Counted from the whole stretch's first letter, positions 26,448 through 39,960 are shown. The stretch is 63,026 nt of DNA, filler included, from Octopus bimaculoides (GCF_001194135.2; 7 parts of 5 records of this genome joined end to end with filler, not necessarily neighbours in it); one strand, 5' to 3'. A program made the numbers and translations. The notes: a model not told the origin generated them from the letters alone.

Positions 26448-27216
26448 GTCTGGTCAAATGGCCACCGAATAAGTAAATCTATGAATTAAAATGGTCTGTC
26501 CTAATTTGTATAACACTACATTCGTTGACAACATAGATAATTTCTAAATGCCGTGTAATGCAGATATTAGGGGATTGATATTTTAACGATCGCATATTAT
26601 GCAAATCAGGGTGGACTAGTTTAGTTCTATGCGTATTGCGTTATATTGTGGTCTGTAAAACGAGCTTCCTTGTTGACTATAGTACTTTACAATTGGCTAT
26701 TGAAATAATAACGTTCGCGATGTCTTAGCAAATCCATATAATGTGCTTGTGTATTGATCTTATAGAGAATCCATTAACTTCAATTGTTAGGAAGTAATCC
26801 AACTCGGTCATCGTTCCCAGAAGAAAAGTTTTTTCTGATCTACTTAGCCAGTGTGTAAAGTAACTTGGTCTCTCCAAAGACACAGTCAAGTATCAGCACT
26901 ATATTTCAAATTCAGTAGTTTACTTTAATACTATTAGTTCATTATATTGTCTGAGTTATTATAGAAGTTTTAAATGTGATATTGTATAGTAATTATATAT
27001 TAATCATTTTTACTTAATGCAATGTCCTGATCTTTTTTTAGAATAGAGAATGATTTAAATTTATCCCAGTATATTCAAATATGAGCAGTTTTTACAAGTA
27101 TCGTACAGTTAAAAAAAACTGTACCTCATAAATTGCACAACACTACTTAAAGAATACTTTAACAAACAACTTAGGGACTGAGTACACCTATTACACTGAC
27201 GCTTCTGAATCGTAAA

Positions 27217-27239
27217 ATCTCTCTCTCTCTCTCTCTCTC

Positions 27240-27303
<64 letters not shown>

Positions 27304-27709
27304 TCTCTCTCTCTCCCTCTACTTTGTGCAACAGTTAGTAATAACTATGCGACTGAAAATATATTTTCTGAAAATGTACTTTCTACAGATTGCGTGTAAC
27401 TCATTTTTATATCATTTATTTTCTTTTCAAATATATAATCCCTTGGACATCCTTAAAAATGGTCGTTATTAATACATGTACGTACATATACATACATACA
27501 TACATACATACATACATACATACATACATACATACATACATACATACACAGTTATGAGCTAGTAATAATTTCATATATTGGAAACGCAGTCTAGGCAGGT
27601 TTTACGGCACGCCAAGTGTCTCCAAGTAATCTTCTACACAAAAATTATCTATCTATCTAGCTGTGTGTCTGTCTGTCTATCTGTCTGTCTGTGTGTGTGT
27701 CTGTCTGTG

Positions 27710-27781
<72 letters not shown>

Positions 27782-27860
27782 AATATACATACATACACAC
27801 ACACACATATATATACACATACACATACAAAGATATATGTATATATGATACATACATATG
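27217..27860. repeat. Compound microsatellites (CT)n, (TACA)n, (TCTG)n, (AT)n
   Basis: Visible tandem units. Confidence 0.9.
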
Positions 27861-28214
27861 TATATAATACACGTACACACACGCACACACGAGTAATATT
27901 TAGAATAAAATGAAATGAATGTAAAGTAAAGGTCAATGAGAAAATATGTGAAAGAATAAATGAAAAATAAACGAATATATTAAAATTGGTTCGTGAATGA
28001 ATACACATAAATACACACATGCAATTCACACGTAAATACATGCATATATAGAGCTCCATTTATATATACATATATATATATATGTGTATCAGTACTTTAT
28101 TATCTCCCCTTCTTCTTACCTCTCCTGTCTAACTACCTTTGTTCAACCATTCGCCATGATTGACCGCTAAATCCATTAGTTCTTTTTATTCTCTCTGTTT
28201 ATTACGTCGTGTTC

Positions 28215-28250
28215 CTTTCAGTTGAAGAGCGTAAGCTCGAAACGTAAAAG
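28215..28250 (+). ncRNA. Variant hammerhead-like motif (core CAGUUGA, GUA site) in a probable dispersed repeat (~28090-28345)
   Basis: CTTT-CAGTTGA-A-GAGC-gtaa-GCTC-GAAA-CGT-A-AAAG. C3:G8 is kept; U4 to A and A6 to U; ACGU palindrome at stem III. Confidence 0.45.
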
Positions 28251-28358
28251 ACTTTCGCACCTTCCCGAGCGTCAAACTAATACACCTTCTTGTTGTTTGT
28301 ACACCTGTCTTCGTCCTTTGTTTTTCTGTAAATTTCATCTATTCACACACACACACAC

Positions 28359-28450
<92 letters not shown>

Positions 28451-29443
28451 TATAGATGTATGTATCAGAGGTGACTCCCGCTCTCAGCGTCACTCGGGCT
28501 CATCACAGATTTCGCATAAGACACATGCCTGTTCGAAGAATTTCACGTTTTCCCGCTAGCCCCGAACGTCTTATTATTATTATTTTTTTTATATATATCT
28601 ATCACTATGTCTTTCTCCATTTCTAAGTTAAGGGTAAAATTAAAGCAACCCTGCAAACACAACTGATCTTTCCACATAGACGCACAGAATAACAGCAATC
28701 AAATAACGACAGTGTAGTGCACAGCAAACATCAGCGATCTGACTCTCGCCTGTACTCTTGACAAGAGATGCCAGTTAGCCTTTTACACCTACTGGGCTTG
28801 TTTGTATTACCCGAGTTGTTGGATAATTTTCCGTTCCCTTAAGAATATTGTAGAACGGAAACTTTTCATAGATTGGAATTCAAATCCTAATCTCTATAGA
28901 AATTTACTATTTCAAGAAAACATTGAATTCGAATTGACTTTTAATTTTTAGGATTATAGATAATAACTCTGGCTGTAATTTCTGAGCCCGTGTCAGATGC
29001 GCCTGGACGATGTCGAGAGAACGTCTGCTACGAATAATATTTAAAATATTCTCAGCTATTTTTGTAGTTAGGATATACATTTCTAGTTCTGATGTAGTTA
29101 TGAAAGCGATTAAATGTTATGTGACAGCTACTTAACAGTTTGAGAGTATTTTCGACAATTATTAATCTTTGGGGTTGACCGGATTATTGGACAACTAATG
29201 TTTTTAGTTACAGTAATAACATTTACAATCATAACAGGTAAAATCAAGAATAGCATTTCTGATATCAATACAAATATATTACACGTGGGATGTATATGGT
29301 ATTATTTCAAGCAATAAAGGCCAGATTTTACTAAATAAAACTTAGATGTTTCTCAGTTAATCCTATCCAGATAGCTGAATCTATATTATACCTTTAATGA
29401 CACCTCGTTATAATTATGTATCAAAATATCCATTCGCCTTTTA

Positions 29444-29475
<32 letters not shown>

Positions 29476-29479
29476 ACTT

Positions 29480-29574
<95 letters not shown>

Positions 29575-29775
29575 GAGTTTAGAGGGATATATTATCTGGG
29601 CTGATACCGTGGTAGCTCTCAGTTATGTTCCGGGTTACGGCTAACTGCATCGATTAGTATTTAATGTCTGTAACTACCACGTGTTGTCACTCATGCTGTG
29701 TACTTCTCCGATGGGTAATTCCGTGTTCGCTTCACCGGATGGTAATATTATCTGGAGTATATATTTGCAATAATT

Positions 29776-30022
29776 ATAGTGATAAAGGATATGAAGACTG
29801 GTACATCTTTAAGATTTATTTCCTTTTTTTTAACGGTATGTCATACAATATATTTTCATTGCACAGAAAATTATGCCCAGTCGCATGTCTACATGCTCAT
29901 ACTCTGTGCCGCAAAAACACGTGTAGGTCGTGGTAACAATGAAAATATGCTGTATGACATACCGTTAAATAAAAAGAACTCAATTTTGAGAATGTACCAG
30001 TTTCCATATTCTCTATCATTAT
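29776..30022. repeat. Imperfect inverted repeat, ~86-bp arms with ~75-bp spacer (MITE or foldback-like)
   Basis: 29776-29861 is about 80% identical to the reverse complement of 29937-30022, including taacggtatgtcatac and tattttcattg. Confidence 0.8.
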
Positions 30023-30112
30023 ATCATTGCACACACATACATGCACACACATACATGCACACACACACACATACAAAACAAAAAACAAAAAAAAACACGC
30101 ATACACCTTTTA

Positions 30113-30300
30113 TTTGTTTCAGTCATTTGACTATGGCCATGCTGGAGCACCGCCTTGAAGGTTTTAGTCAAACAAATCGAGCCCAGGACTTATTTCTTAA
30201 GCCTAGTAATTATGCTATCGGTCTCTTTTGCCGAACGGCTAAGTGACGGGGGTATAAACACACCAACACCGGTTGTCAAGCGGTGATGGGGGAAACGTAT
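30113..30300 (-). mobile_element. SINE family A tail (variant subfamily)
   Basis: tgtttcagtcatttgactatggccatgctggagcaccgccttgaagg…gccgaacggctaag. Confidence 0.85.
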
Positions 30301-30312
30301 ATATATATATAT

Positions 30313-30617
30313 ACTCTTTTACTTGTTTCAGTCATTTGACTGCGGGCATGCTGGAGCACCGCCTTTAGTCGATCAAATCGACCCCAGGACTTATTCTTTG
30401 TAAGCCTAGTACTTATTCTATCGGCGTCTTTTGCCGAACCGCTAAGTTACGGGGACGTAAACACACCAGCATCAGTTGTCAAGCGATGTTGGTGGTGGTG
30501 GGGAACAAACACAGACACACAAACATACATATATATAAATACATAAACGTATATACGACGGGCTTCTTTCAGTTTCCGTCTACCAAATCCACTCACAAGG
30601 CTTTGGTAGGCTATAGT
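30313..30617 (-). mobile_element. SINE family A running into an N gap
   Basis: Near-consensus tail, middle, short microsatellite and part of the head. Confidence 0.9.
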
Positions 30618-30717
30618 NNNNNNNNNNNNNNNNNNNNNNNNNNNNNNNNNNNNNNNNNNNNTTAATTAATTAANNNNNNNNNNNNNNNNNNNNNNNNNNN
30701 NNNNNNNNNNNNNNNNN

Positions 30718-30781
<64 letters not shown>

Positions 30782-30844
30782 ATCAAAGCATTACAGTTAA
30801 TCAGTTTTGTACCACTGATAGCTGCTGCTATTCAGTACTTAAAA

Positions 30845-30990
30845 AAGATTTGGTACACCTTTTAACTTTCCAAAAGTAAGACCGAAAGAATCAAATCTGA
30901 CATCATGCATTATCAGAAAGGCATCCTGCGGGGTAGTGGATTATCAGTACTGCTCTTTGTCCTTTTGTTAAACCAGTTACATACCTGCTC
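30845..30990 (+). pseudogene. R4/Dong-like RT fragment
   Basis: KGILRGSGLSVLLFVLLLNQL resembles GIFQGDSLSPLLFCLALNPL. Confidence 0.55.
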
Positions 30991-31002
30991 ACGAAATACA
31001 CA

Positions 31003-31915
31003 CTAAATTCTGAAACACCTTAGTCTAAATCCATTTTGATTTTGTCTTCCATGGCTATCAAGCACCGGTTGAATCCTATGAAGGATCATTCGGTTGATGC
31101 CTTTGAGTGAGATATTGAACACTGCAATTCCTCTGTAATAAAATTCATCGCTGAGGTTTCCTGACCTTGAGATTGGTATCAAGTCAATCTCAGATCCCTG
31201 ATCTGGACTTTGCTGGTTCTGCCAGAGTTTATTCACAAAATCCAGTATTATTTCATCCAGAATGCACCTCTTGATAACTCCAGCGGGAATCTCATCAGGG
31301 CCAGCAGCTTCTCTATCTTTCAGTCTAATCTTGGCATTCTGGAGGTTTTCCAAACCAAAGGTCCAGCTCCATATGTGAGTTTGTTGAAAACAGGTTGAAT
31401 CTCTTCATTGCTTAGGGGAGACTTTCCGAGTAACTGACTGAAGTGTTGACACCACTTTTGCACACGCTCCTCCCTGTTGTTTCCATGGATGATGCTCAAC
31501 TTTGCTGCTTTCCTTTCGCTTATTTGATCAATTTCTAATTTCCCATATACATTGAATTTGCATCTGTTGCCTTGACTTCATCAATCATGCGGTCCAGTTC
31601 CTCTTCTTCAATGCTGTCATAAACATATTGAAGAGTGGCTCTGGCAGTTTGTGATTCCAGCCTGTGTTCTTCGTTGGGATTCTCTGGATAGCAGTTAAAG
31701 TCTCTTTGCACATTCTTCGTGGTTGTATTAACTCTTGGTTCAACTAATACTCTTTTCTTAGACCGGCGCTTCTTTGATGTTATGATTTGTTCTTTCGATT
31801 CTCAGTTTGCTGTGATGAAATGTTCGCGTAGGTCGGTTACTGATTCCAAGCCGTTTTGTAATGCAGAAAATCGGTTCTTTACCGTGACACTGTACATTGA
31901 CACTACAGATCTGTT
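31003..31915 (-). pseudogene. RTE-like LINE fragment (EN-RT linker and RT N-terminus)
   Basis: VKNRFSALQ; AAGPDEIPA; YRGIAV; NRMILHRIQPVLD; RQNQNGFR. Confidence 0.8.
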
Positions 31916-33883
31916 TCACTTTTCAGGATATACAACACATATGCTTTTTTTTTTTTTTTGGTGTTGTACGTGTACTCAAGCTAAGATTGATTCGTCCTGA
32001 TAGAATTCTGCCGTCAGAACCAAGACTTGCGAAGTAGTTTTATGCCACAGAACCAAGACTTTCGAAGCTGTTGTATGGCCACAACAAGAACGTAAGAAAG
32101 TGAATGTAAGAAGCTGGAAACTGTTCTGTATTACGGGGAATTTCAACACCAGTAGAGATGTAGGCAGATTGTGTTTCATATAGAAGGCGGTTGGTCGTGG
32201 TCTTAAATTTGTATTAATACCATATGAAATCTCGATTGTGTAACTGAAATAACAGCTCCAGCACAGAGAAAAATAGTTCAGAAACTATCTCACTCAGTTT
32301 GAGAGCCGAAAAAAAAAACGTCATTAGGATGGCTAATGAAATTGAGACGCAATATAAAATAAAAATTGAGACTTAACTGTCCCCAAGGAACAGTGGAAAA
32401 TACTGCTTAATACTATAATAAAAATTTTTTTAATAGACCAGCCCAGTGAGGGGGCGAACTAAATAAAAAAAAACATAGATCATTGAAGGATTAAACTACA
32501 CTAAAAGCCTTGCAAGGAGTACAAGCAAATCTATAGCATTCGGCTTTTAAGGTTATCTCCAAGCAATCTGCGAGCAAAATATTTCCACTAAGAACTTAGA
32601 AGAGAGAACAAACATAGGATACGCAAAATGAAACTGAAGACAGCTGCATATTCGCCAAATGTTTGAGAATAACATCTAGATATTACCTGCTTATAAGGTA
32701 TTATTTAGTAAGCAGAGAAGTTTATAATAGCGTAAGATAAAAATATCAAACAATGATATATAACAGCCAATAAATATAAACGTATTAAGACTTATAAATC
32801 GAAGGAATATTAGTGGAATCTAAGAATAAACAGCTCCAGATATTGTCATTTGAGAACACAGAACTGTAACATGTCAACCGTTCACTTGACATCACTGCTG
32901 TGACAAAAATAGATGTATAAGGACACATCTAAGGCACGTTGGTGGGAATTCTATAAATTTAGTATCCAAGACAAATTTTCAGTTTTATGCCCCATATTAT
33001 AGGAGTGGTAGCAGTATATGCCAGTCTGCTCGGGTCAAAGTATGACTGCATTTGCATTCTCGGAGAAAGATCCTTATCTCCATAATAAATGCACTGCAGA
33101 TAGGACAATAAAACTCTGCAGGACCTTTCTGAAATTTAAAGGGTGAATAGTTGTTCAAATGATGACAAAAAGAAAAGCACTTTTTCTTTTTGCATCTTTT
33201 CTTTACAACCTTGGCACCGAGCAGGTGGCCGGTCAAATTAAACTTTAAACTATAATCAAGAAGGGAATACATATATATATATATATATATATATCGGTGC
33301 GTATACACACACACTTATACAGATATATAAGCTTACGCACACACATATATTCTCGTATATGTATATATGTGTGAGCGAGAAAGAGGAGAGAGTATATATT
33401 CACGCTCACACATACACACATGCGTGCGTACACATACATATAATATACACAACCATGCAGACACATGCACACGCGCGCACACACGTATATATACATACAA
33501 GTAAAAATTATCTTTTATTCTGTTATTCCATTACTACCAACACCTGCAAGTAACCTTTATTTTTATTTCTTCTTCTGTCCCCCACCCCCCACCCCACCAC
33601 CTCTTAAGTTCACCATTTAAAAAAATAAAATAACGTTTTTGTTGCTGTTGTTTTCGTTCTTCTTCTCTCATTGTTGTTGTTTTTTTTTGGTTACTTTTTT
33701 TGTCTCGTTTTTTTTTTCTTCTTTCTCTTATCCAACAAATATTTCAAAAGAACTCGCAACAAATGGTAAATAGAACAACTTTGAGAAATGTAACTGGAAC
33801 AGTTTTGTTACGAAACATTCTTATACAAAGAAACAGCATCGACATTTCTACATATCCTTATTTTCAATAAACGTTGAACCAAC

Positions 33884-33892
33884 GATGGCGGC
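33884..33892 (+). promoter_or_regulatory. YY1/Pho-like motif GATGGCGGC in a high-complexity island
   Basis: Core match only; no functional evidence. Confidence 0.2.
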
Positions 33893-34299
33893 GGCCACAC
33901 GGTGACTTGATGGCTTTGATCAGCGAGGAAGAGCAGCCAGCCAAATTACTTTCAAATCATTTTTTGCTGTCTTTAGGAAAACCAAGGAGGGCATGAAGAC
34001 TACTCCATGTATTCTGGTGCTCAGGGAGGCTTTCGGCATCATCAGTTTGCAGGGGGTTCGTTTATGGCTAAATTCTATTATATTGACATTTTATTGACCA
34101 ACGTAACAAGTAGGAGGACAGGTGCCGTTTGCGATAACCAGAGCATCGTCAGGGGACCGACCAGAGGAAGGATGAACTATGAGGGCTTCGTTCTAAGACT
34201 CACGGTCAGCGCCATAGTGTTATAAGGACACTGAGGTGAACTCACGCAATGGTGCAGGAACTGAATACGTGTCACGTCTTTACGTCGTCCGAAAGCGTG

Positions 34300-34300
<1 letters not shown>

Positions 34301-34360
<60 letters not shown>

Positions 34361-35180
34361 GTGGGGTTGGGGAGGAACAAGAGGCAGAGGTAAGAGGAAC
34401 AAGAGACAGAGGGAGGAGGGAGAAGCAGAGGGAGGAGAGGAAGAGACAGAGGGAGGAGGAGGAGGAGGAGGAGGAAGAAGAAGAGGAGGAAGAGGAGGAA
34501 GAGGAGGAAGATGAGGAAGAGGAGGAAGATGAGGAAGAGGAGGAAGATGAGGAAGAGGAGGAAGATGAGGAGGAAGTGGGGTTGGGGGAAAAGAGGAGGA
34601 GGAAGAAGAGAAGGAGGAAGAGGAGGAGGAAGAAGATGAGGAAGAAGAAGAGGAGGAGGAAGATGAGGAGGAGGAAGATGAGGAGGAGGAAGAAGAGGAG
34701 GGAGAAGAGGAGGAAGAAGAAGAGGAGGGAGAAGAGGAGAAAGAAGAAGAAGAGGAGGGAGAAAAAGAGGAGGAGGAAGAGGAGGAAGATGAGGAGGAAG
34801 AAGAAGAAGAGGAGGGAGAAGAAGAGGAGGAGGAAGAGGAGGAAGATGAGGAGGAAGAAGAGGAGGAAGAAGAGGAGGGAGAAGAGGAGGAAGATGAGGA
34901 GGAAGATGAGGAGGAAGAAGAGGAGGGAGAAGAGGAGGAAGATGAGGAGGAAGAAGAGGAGGAAGAAGAGGAGGGAGAAGAGGAGGGAGAAGAGGAGGGA
35001 GAAGAGGAGGAAGAAGAGGAGGGAGAAGAAGAGGAAGAAGAAGAGGAAGAAGAAGAAGAGGAAGAAGAAGAAGAGGAAGAAGGGGAAGAAGAGGAAGAAG
35101 AAGAGGAAGAAGAGGAAGAAGAGGAAGAAGAGGAAGAAGAGGAGGAGCAGGAGCAGGGGGAGGGGAGGGGGAGGGGAGCT
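34301..35180. repeat. (GAT)n followed by a ~750-bp GAG/GAA/GAT purine-rich tract
   Basis: Visible; explains ORFs 34177-35298, 34236-34514 and 34576-35196. Confidence 0.95.
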
Positions 35181-35504
35181 GAATAGACGTCATTGATTGG
35201 TTGAAATTACCGAAATACAACAACTTTAACACGAAATAACTTTGAAAATATAAACTTTTCTCAACAACACTAAGAGAAAAAGATGTTTTATATGACACAT
35301 TCTACCAGTGTCCCAAGTTTGAAAGTGTTTAGTTACAAAAAATTAATTTCTCGATGTGCCGTTGAAAGGGAAACAATCCAGTTTTTTGTTGAACTCAGCC
35401 AACGNNNNNNNNNNNNNNNNNNNNNNNNNNNNNNNNNNNNNNNNNNNNTTAATTAATTAANNNNNNNNNNNNNNNNNNNNNNNNNNNNNNNNNNNNNNNN
35501 NNNN

Positions 35505-35546
<42 letters not shown>

Positions 35547-35550
35547 CACG

Positions 35551-35582
<32 letters not shown>

Positions 35583-35957
35583 CGTGGGGTGGATGTAATA
35601 ATTGATAATTACCTCCCTTTATATATTAATTCAGTTTTACCATTTAATCTATTGTTGATGTCACAAGCAACATTACCTCTTGAATATATTCTTCTGTTAA
35701 ATTTATTTAATTATATAATACAGGAATGCTTCCTACTTTAAAAATGTTTGGCCAATCAAATTGTTTTAACTATAGTTGATCGATGCCAATTTTCTATAGG
35801 GGTGAAAGAATTATAGCTTGCATATGCATATATGTATTGTTCGTATATGTAATTATTGCTTATATATGTTTATACAGGTATATGTATGCGTATAAGTATG
35901 TAACAGTTTTACGAAAAAATGTGCGTTATGTATAATTGTTGACATATATATGCATGA

Positions 35958-36091
35958 ATAAGTATGTCTATGCGTAGGTATATGAATGCTTATGTGTGTA
36001 TAAGTATGTATATGCGTAGGTATATGAATGCTCATGTGTGTATAAGTATGTATATGCGTAAGTATATGAATGCTTATGTGTGTATAAGTAT
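35958..36091. repeat. 42-bp minisatellite, 3 copies plus a partial
   Basis: Unit ataagtatgtatatgcgtaggtatatgaatgcttatgtgtgt at 35958, 36000, 36042 and a partial at 36084. Confidence 0.9.
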
Positions 36092-36779
36092 ATACATATA
36101 TATGTGGTTATTTATATGCATTAATTCATGTGCGCATACATTATACGTACATATTTGTATCCATGGTATGTCTACGTGTGTTTTATTAGCATATATGTGT
36201 ATGCATATTAACATATATGCATATATTGTTCTATGAATATATATATATATATATATATNNNNNNNNNNNNNNNNNNNNNNNNNNNNNNNNNNNNNNNNNN
36301 NNNNNNNNNNNNNNNNNNNNNNNNNNNNNNNNNNNNNNNNNNNNNNNNNNNNNNNNNNTATATCTGCATATGTGTGGATACTTGTATGTATTTATATAAA
36401 CACTTTCTTCCTCTTACTTCCTATTCCGCAGCAAGTATATATATATATATCTGTGAAAATGAACACTCTACTCTTTCATATATATCCCATATTTATGGGT
36501 AGTCTAATTCATTATTCCATTCAAATGTCAAAATATTGTGCATTCATCTCTGATTCCATATTAGATTACATATTATAAACGAAAATGATATTTTGGGCAT
36601 CAATGAACATATCACATGAATATATTCTCTAAACATTTGTTTGGCCTGCTTTGTCAATTTTTTTTCATTTCAATTTTTATTTGTATTTTTTCTTTCAAGA
36701 TTTTGTAAGGCTTTGTATTGTATTCCATTCTATTTTTTAAGTTAATATTTCTTTTTAGACACCTAAAACATATATTTTA

Positions 36780-36889
36780 ATAATCTCCCCCTCTCCTCCC
36801 CTTCTTTCCGTTACTCTCCTCTCCCCTCTTTCATTCTGATCCTTCTCCCTCTTTTCTCCTTTCTGTCTCTCTCTCTATCTATCACTCTT

Positions 36890-36948
<59 letters not shown>

Positions 36949-37260
36949 TAGACCTTATTGTCATAACACTCACTCCCTTTTTCTCCATCTCTTCATTCTC
37001 CTAATCACTCTCTATCAACATTTCTTTCGCATGTCTCATTTAATTCCTGTTGCTTAATCGTTTACCCGTTCTCGTTATTGTCTTATTCTCTCATCAATTC
37101 TCTCTCACTATCAACATTTCTATTAACCTCTCTCTGTCACTCTTTTCTCCCTTCCTTTACTTATTATTGTCTCTATTTCTCTTTCTCCCTCTCTCTTCAC
37201 TCTCTTCTATTTCCCCTTTTCTCTCTTCTCTCTCTCTTATCTCTCCTTCTTTCTTTTTCT
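36780..37260. repeat. Pyrimidine-rich (CT)n low-complexity tract
   Basis: Visible. Confidence 0.9.
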
Positions 37261-38879
37261 GCATTTATCTCGCTCTATTTCATTTAATATTATCCTTTGT
37301 TTATTTAGCACAGCTGCTTTTTTCTCATGCAAACTTTACAAAGAAAAAATAGCAGTGTAATCCTTGCTCAAGTTATACAAAAGAAAAATACCAACTAGAA
37401 AAATATAAACCAAATTTTATATATNNNNNNNNNNNNNNNNNNNNNNNNNNNNNNNNNNNNNNNNNNNNNNNNNNNNNNNNNNNNNNNNNNNNNNNNNNNN
37501 NNNNNNNNNNNNNNNNNNNNNNNNNNNNNNNNNNNNNNNNNNNNNNNNNNNNNNNNNNNNNNNNNNNNNNNNNNNNNNNNNNNNNNNNNNNNNNNNNNNN
37601 NNNNNNNNNNNNNNNNNNNNNNNNNNNNNNNNNNNNNNNNNNNNNNNNNNNNNNNNNNNNNNNNNNNNNNNNNNNNNNNNNNNNNNNNNNNNNNNNNNNN
37701 NNNNNNNNNTATATATATGTTACACATTTTATGTATGTCAGTATATTAATATGGAAAAGTAAAAATCATCTCAGTTATTCTTTGCAAATCTCTTTGATGC
37801 TGCAACAATTGTAGCAAAAATTTCGAAAAAGCAAACTTTCTCCCATTAACTTCTATTTACACAAACTATGCCATTATGTGAACTTATCCCTTGCAACTAA
37901 AACATGTATATATTCCTTGAATCCATTCATATGTATTCATAGGTTCTGTCTTCTGCCACATTCATTTTGCTATTTCTGGAGGGATGTTTTTTTTTTTCTT
38001 TTTCTTGAAAGTGATAAAAGTTTTGTGTTAATTTTTTTCATATTGCTTTATTCATGTAATGAAAACTATGTTTCCTATTAAAATAATTTAAATATCCCGA
38101 ATACATTTTATTAATTATAATATTATTCATATTAATTTTGTTTATTAATTTAACATAATTCGCAGTGAACTAATCAACAAAACCATGTTAGAATAGTATG
38201 TGTTTATTTTCCAGTATTTTTTATTGATTCACTCCTTTTCAGTTGAGTTGGTTAATATTTTTCATTTACGTTGCCTCAACAGATGCCCTGTAATATGGAA
38301 CAAACAAAGCTTAAAATTCATCCTTCAACAATGAGACACAGGATAGTTATTTCTGTAATTACTTTTTCAATTAAACAATCATTTTCTTCTGATAATTTTA
38401 TTTGTAAATGAGGTTACAAGGAAAGTGAGTCCATTTTGCTTTAGTTCATGACATCATATATTACATCTACTTAATATGCTGTGTCTCTCTGTCTCACAGT
38501 TCTACGTATTGCTAACTGAGAAAAATATGATTTGATGAATACAATAATATCGAAACACGTCCATTGTTTTTACTAGATGCCATAAATAAAAAAATTCTTG
38601 TTGGATTCATCTACACTGATTATTGTTTTAGATTTTCAACTACACTCGGGGTATTTTATTCACAAGCTCCTTGGACAGTAAGTTTAGTTAATTATATTTC
38701 TTCAAATAACAGCAACTTTTATACTGAAAGAGATACAAAACAGGGTAGTAAATTTTACTTGATATATGTCATCAAACAGCTCATGCTGATGGAGTATCTT
38801 TTCCTCAATAAAAAGATTTTACTCAATATCATCCCATCATAAGTGATACGTTTGTACAATTGCTGTACCCAACCCCTAA

Positions 38880-39226
38880 ATATTCTTTGGATAATTCAAG
38901 TGGGCAGAGTTGCATCTGCTTCTTCACAGTTACATTCACCTCATCTGTATATCTGTATCATCAAATCATTGAATATGAAGACTATCCTTCATTGACATGA
39001 GCAACTAATTTATGAGGACATAAACAAATCAAGAATGGTTGTCAAGTTGTGGGAGAACACAGATTCACACATCCAAAGATATAATGTATATTCACATGCA
39101 AACACACAACACATACGCACACGCACACACATACACATAAATGTAAATATATATATGTATACACACACACACACACACACTCACACACACACATACACAC
39201 ACACACACATACACACACACACACAC

Positions 39227-39267
<41 letters not shown>

Positions 39268-39960
39268 CGTATAAAACAAAATAAAGATTATGACTATTAC
39301 ATATTTTTTCTTCATTGGAGCAAATTTGACTTCGAGATGTTTCCAGTAGTCATTATAGGTACATTGCTGATAGGTTAGCTCTACTAATCTATTGATCAAT
39401 TGAGAAAAATAGAACAATTTAATGCTACTTTCGTCCGAGCCATTTCTGTTTATAACAAAGTAGAACACTGAGGGAATGGTGAGTGTATAGGAGATAGAGG
39501 AAAAGATGGAAAGATACAAATAGAAAAGAGAAAAGAGGAAGGCAGGTTATAAATGGGTTAAGAGATGTAAGGAAATGACAGAAGTGGTGTCTTAATAGAA
39601 GCAGGGGATTAGATGGCCAAAATTTGGGAAAAGGACAGTAATAAAACATTAGCGTTTGTAGTCAGGTCAACACATATTGCCATGTTACCATTGTTTATAG
39701 GTTAGATATTTTCCAGCAGTTGCATTAAAATTTGATATGGGCCACTTAAACACATGGTCAATCTAAGACATTAATATTTGGTCAGTGTTGCTAACAAGAA
39801 TAGTAAGGAAATTACATTAGGAGATGAAGGAATATCAGTAGTAGTCATATTGTAATGTAGAGATTGAGAATCTTCTGATAAGACAGGATATAAGATAATG
39901 ATGGATTAAGAGACGTTAGGTTGAAATGGGAGGAGGTGAAATTACAGTTGTTGATAGTCA
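38880..39960 (-). pseudogene. Very decayed CR1/L2-like LINE relic interrupted by microsatellites
   Basis: Minus-strand *FDDTDI…WVQ resembles FADDT…W; weak endonuclease-like peptides further upstream. Confidence 0.3.

Noticed and set aside
33778-33822. TTGAGAA…GTAAC/GTTAC-GAAAC (U3:A8-type) candidate
   Set aside because: No stem I or stem III pairing.
33885-33990. ATGGCGGCGGCC as a gene start with a short intron
   Set aside because: In-frame stop after six codons, a weak donor (GTGACT), and the spliced product stops immediately.
34005-34040. Minus-strand CTGATGA-TGCC-GAAAG candidate
   Set aside because: No stem II or stem I; likely coincidence.
34177-35298. 373-aa Pro/Leu ORF and 206-aa Arg/Lys ORF
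   Set aside because: Translations of a simple purine tract; no domain or splice evidence.
38564-38842. Plus-strand ORF with faint RT-like words
   Set aside because: The motifs are too degraded, and the neighbouring RT-like signal is on the opposite strand.
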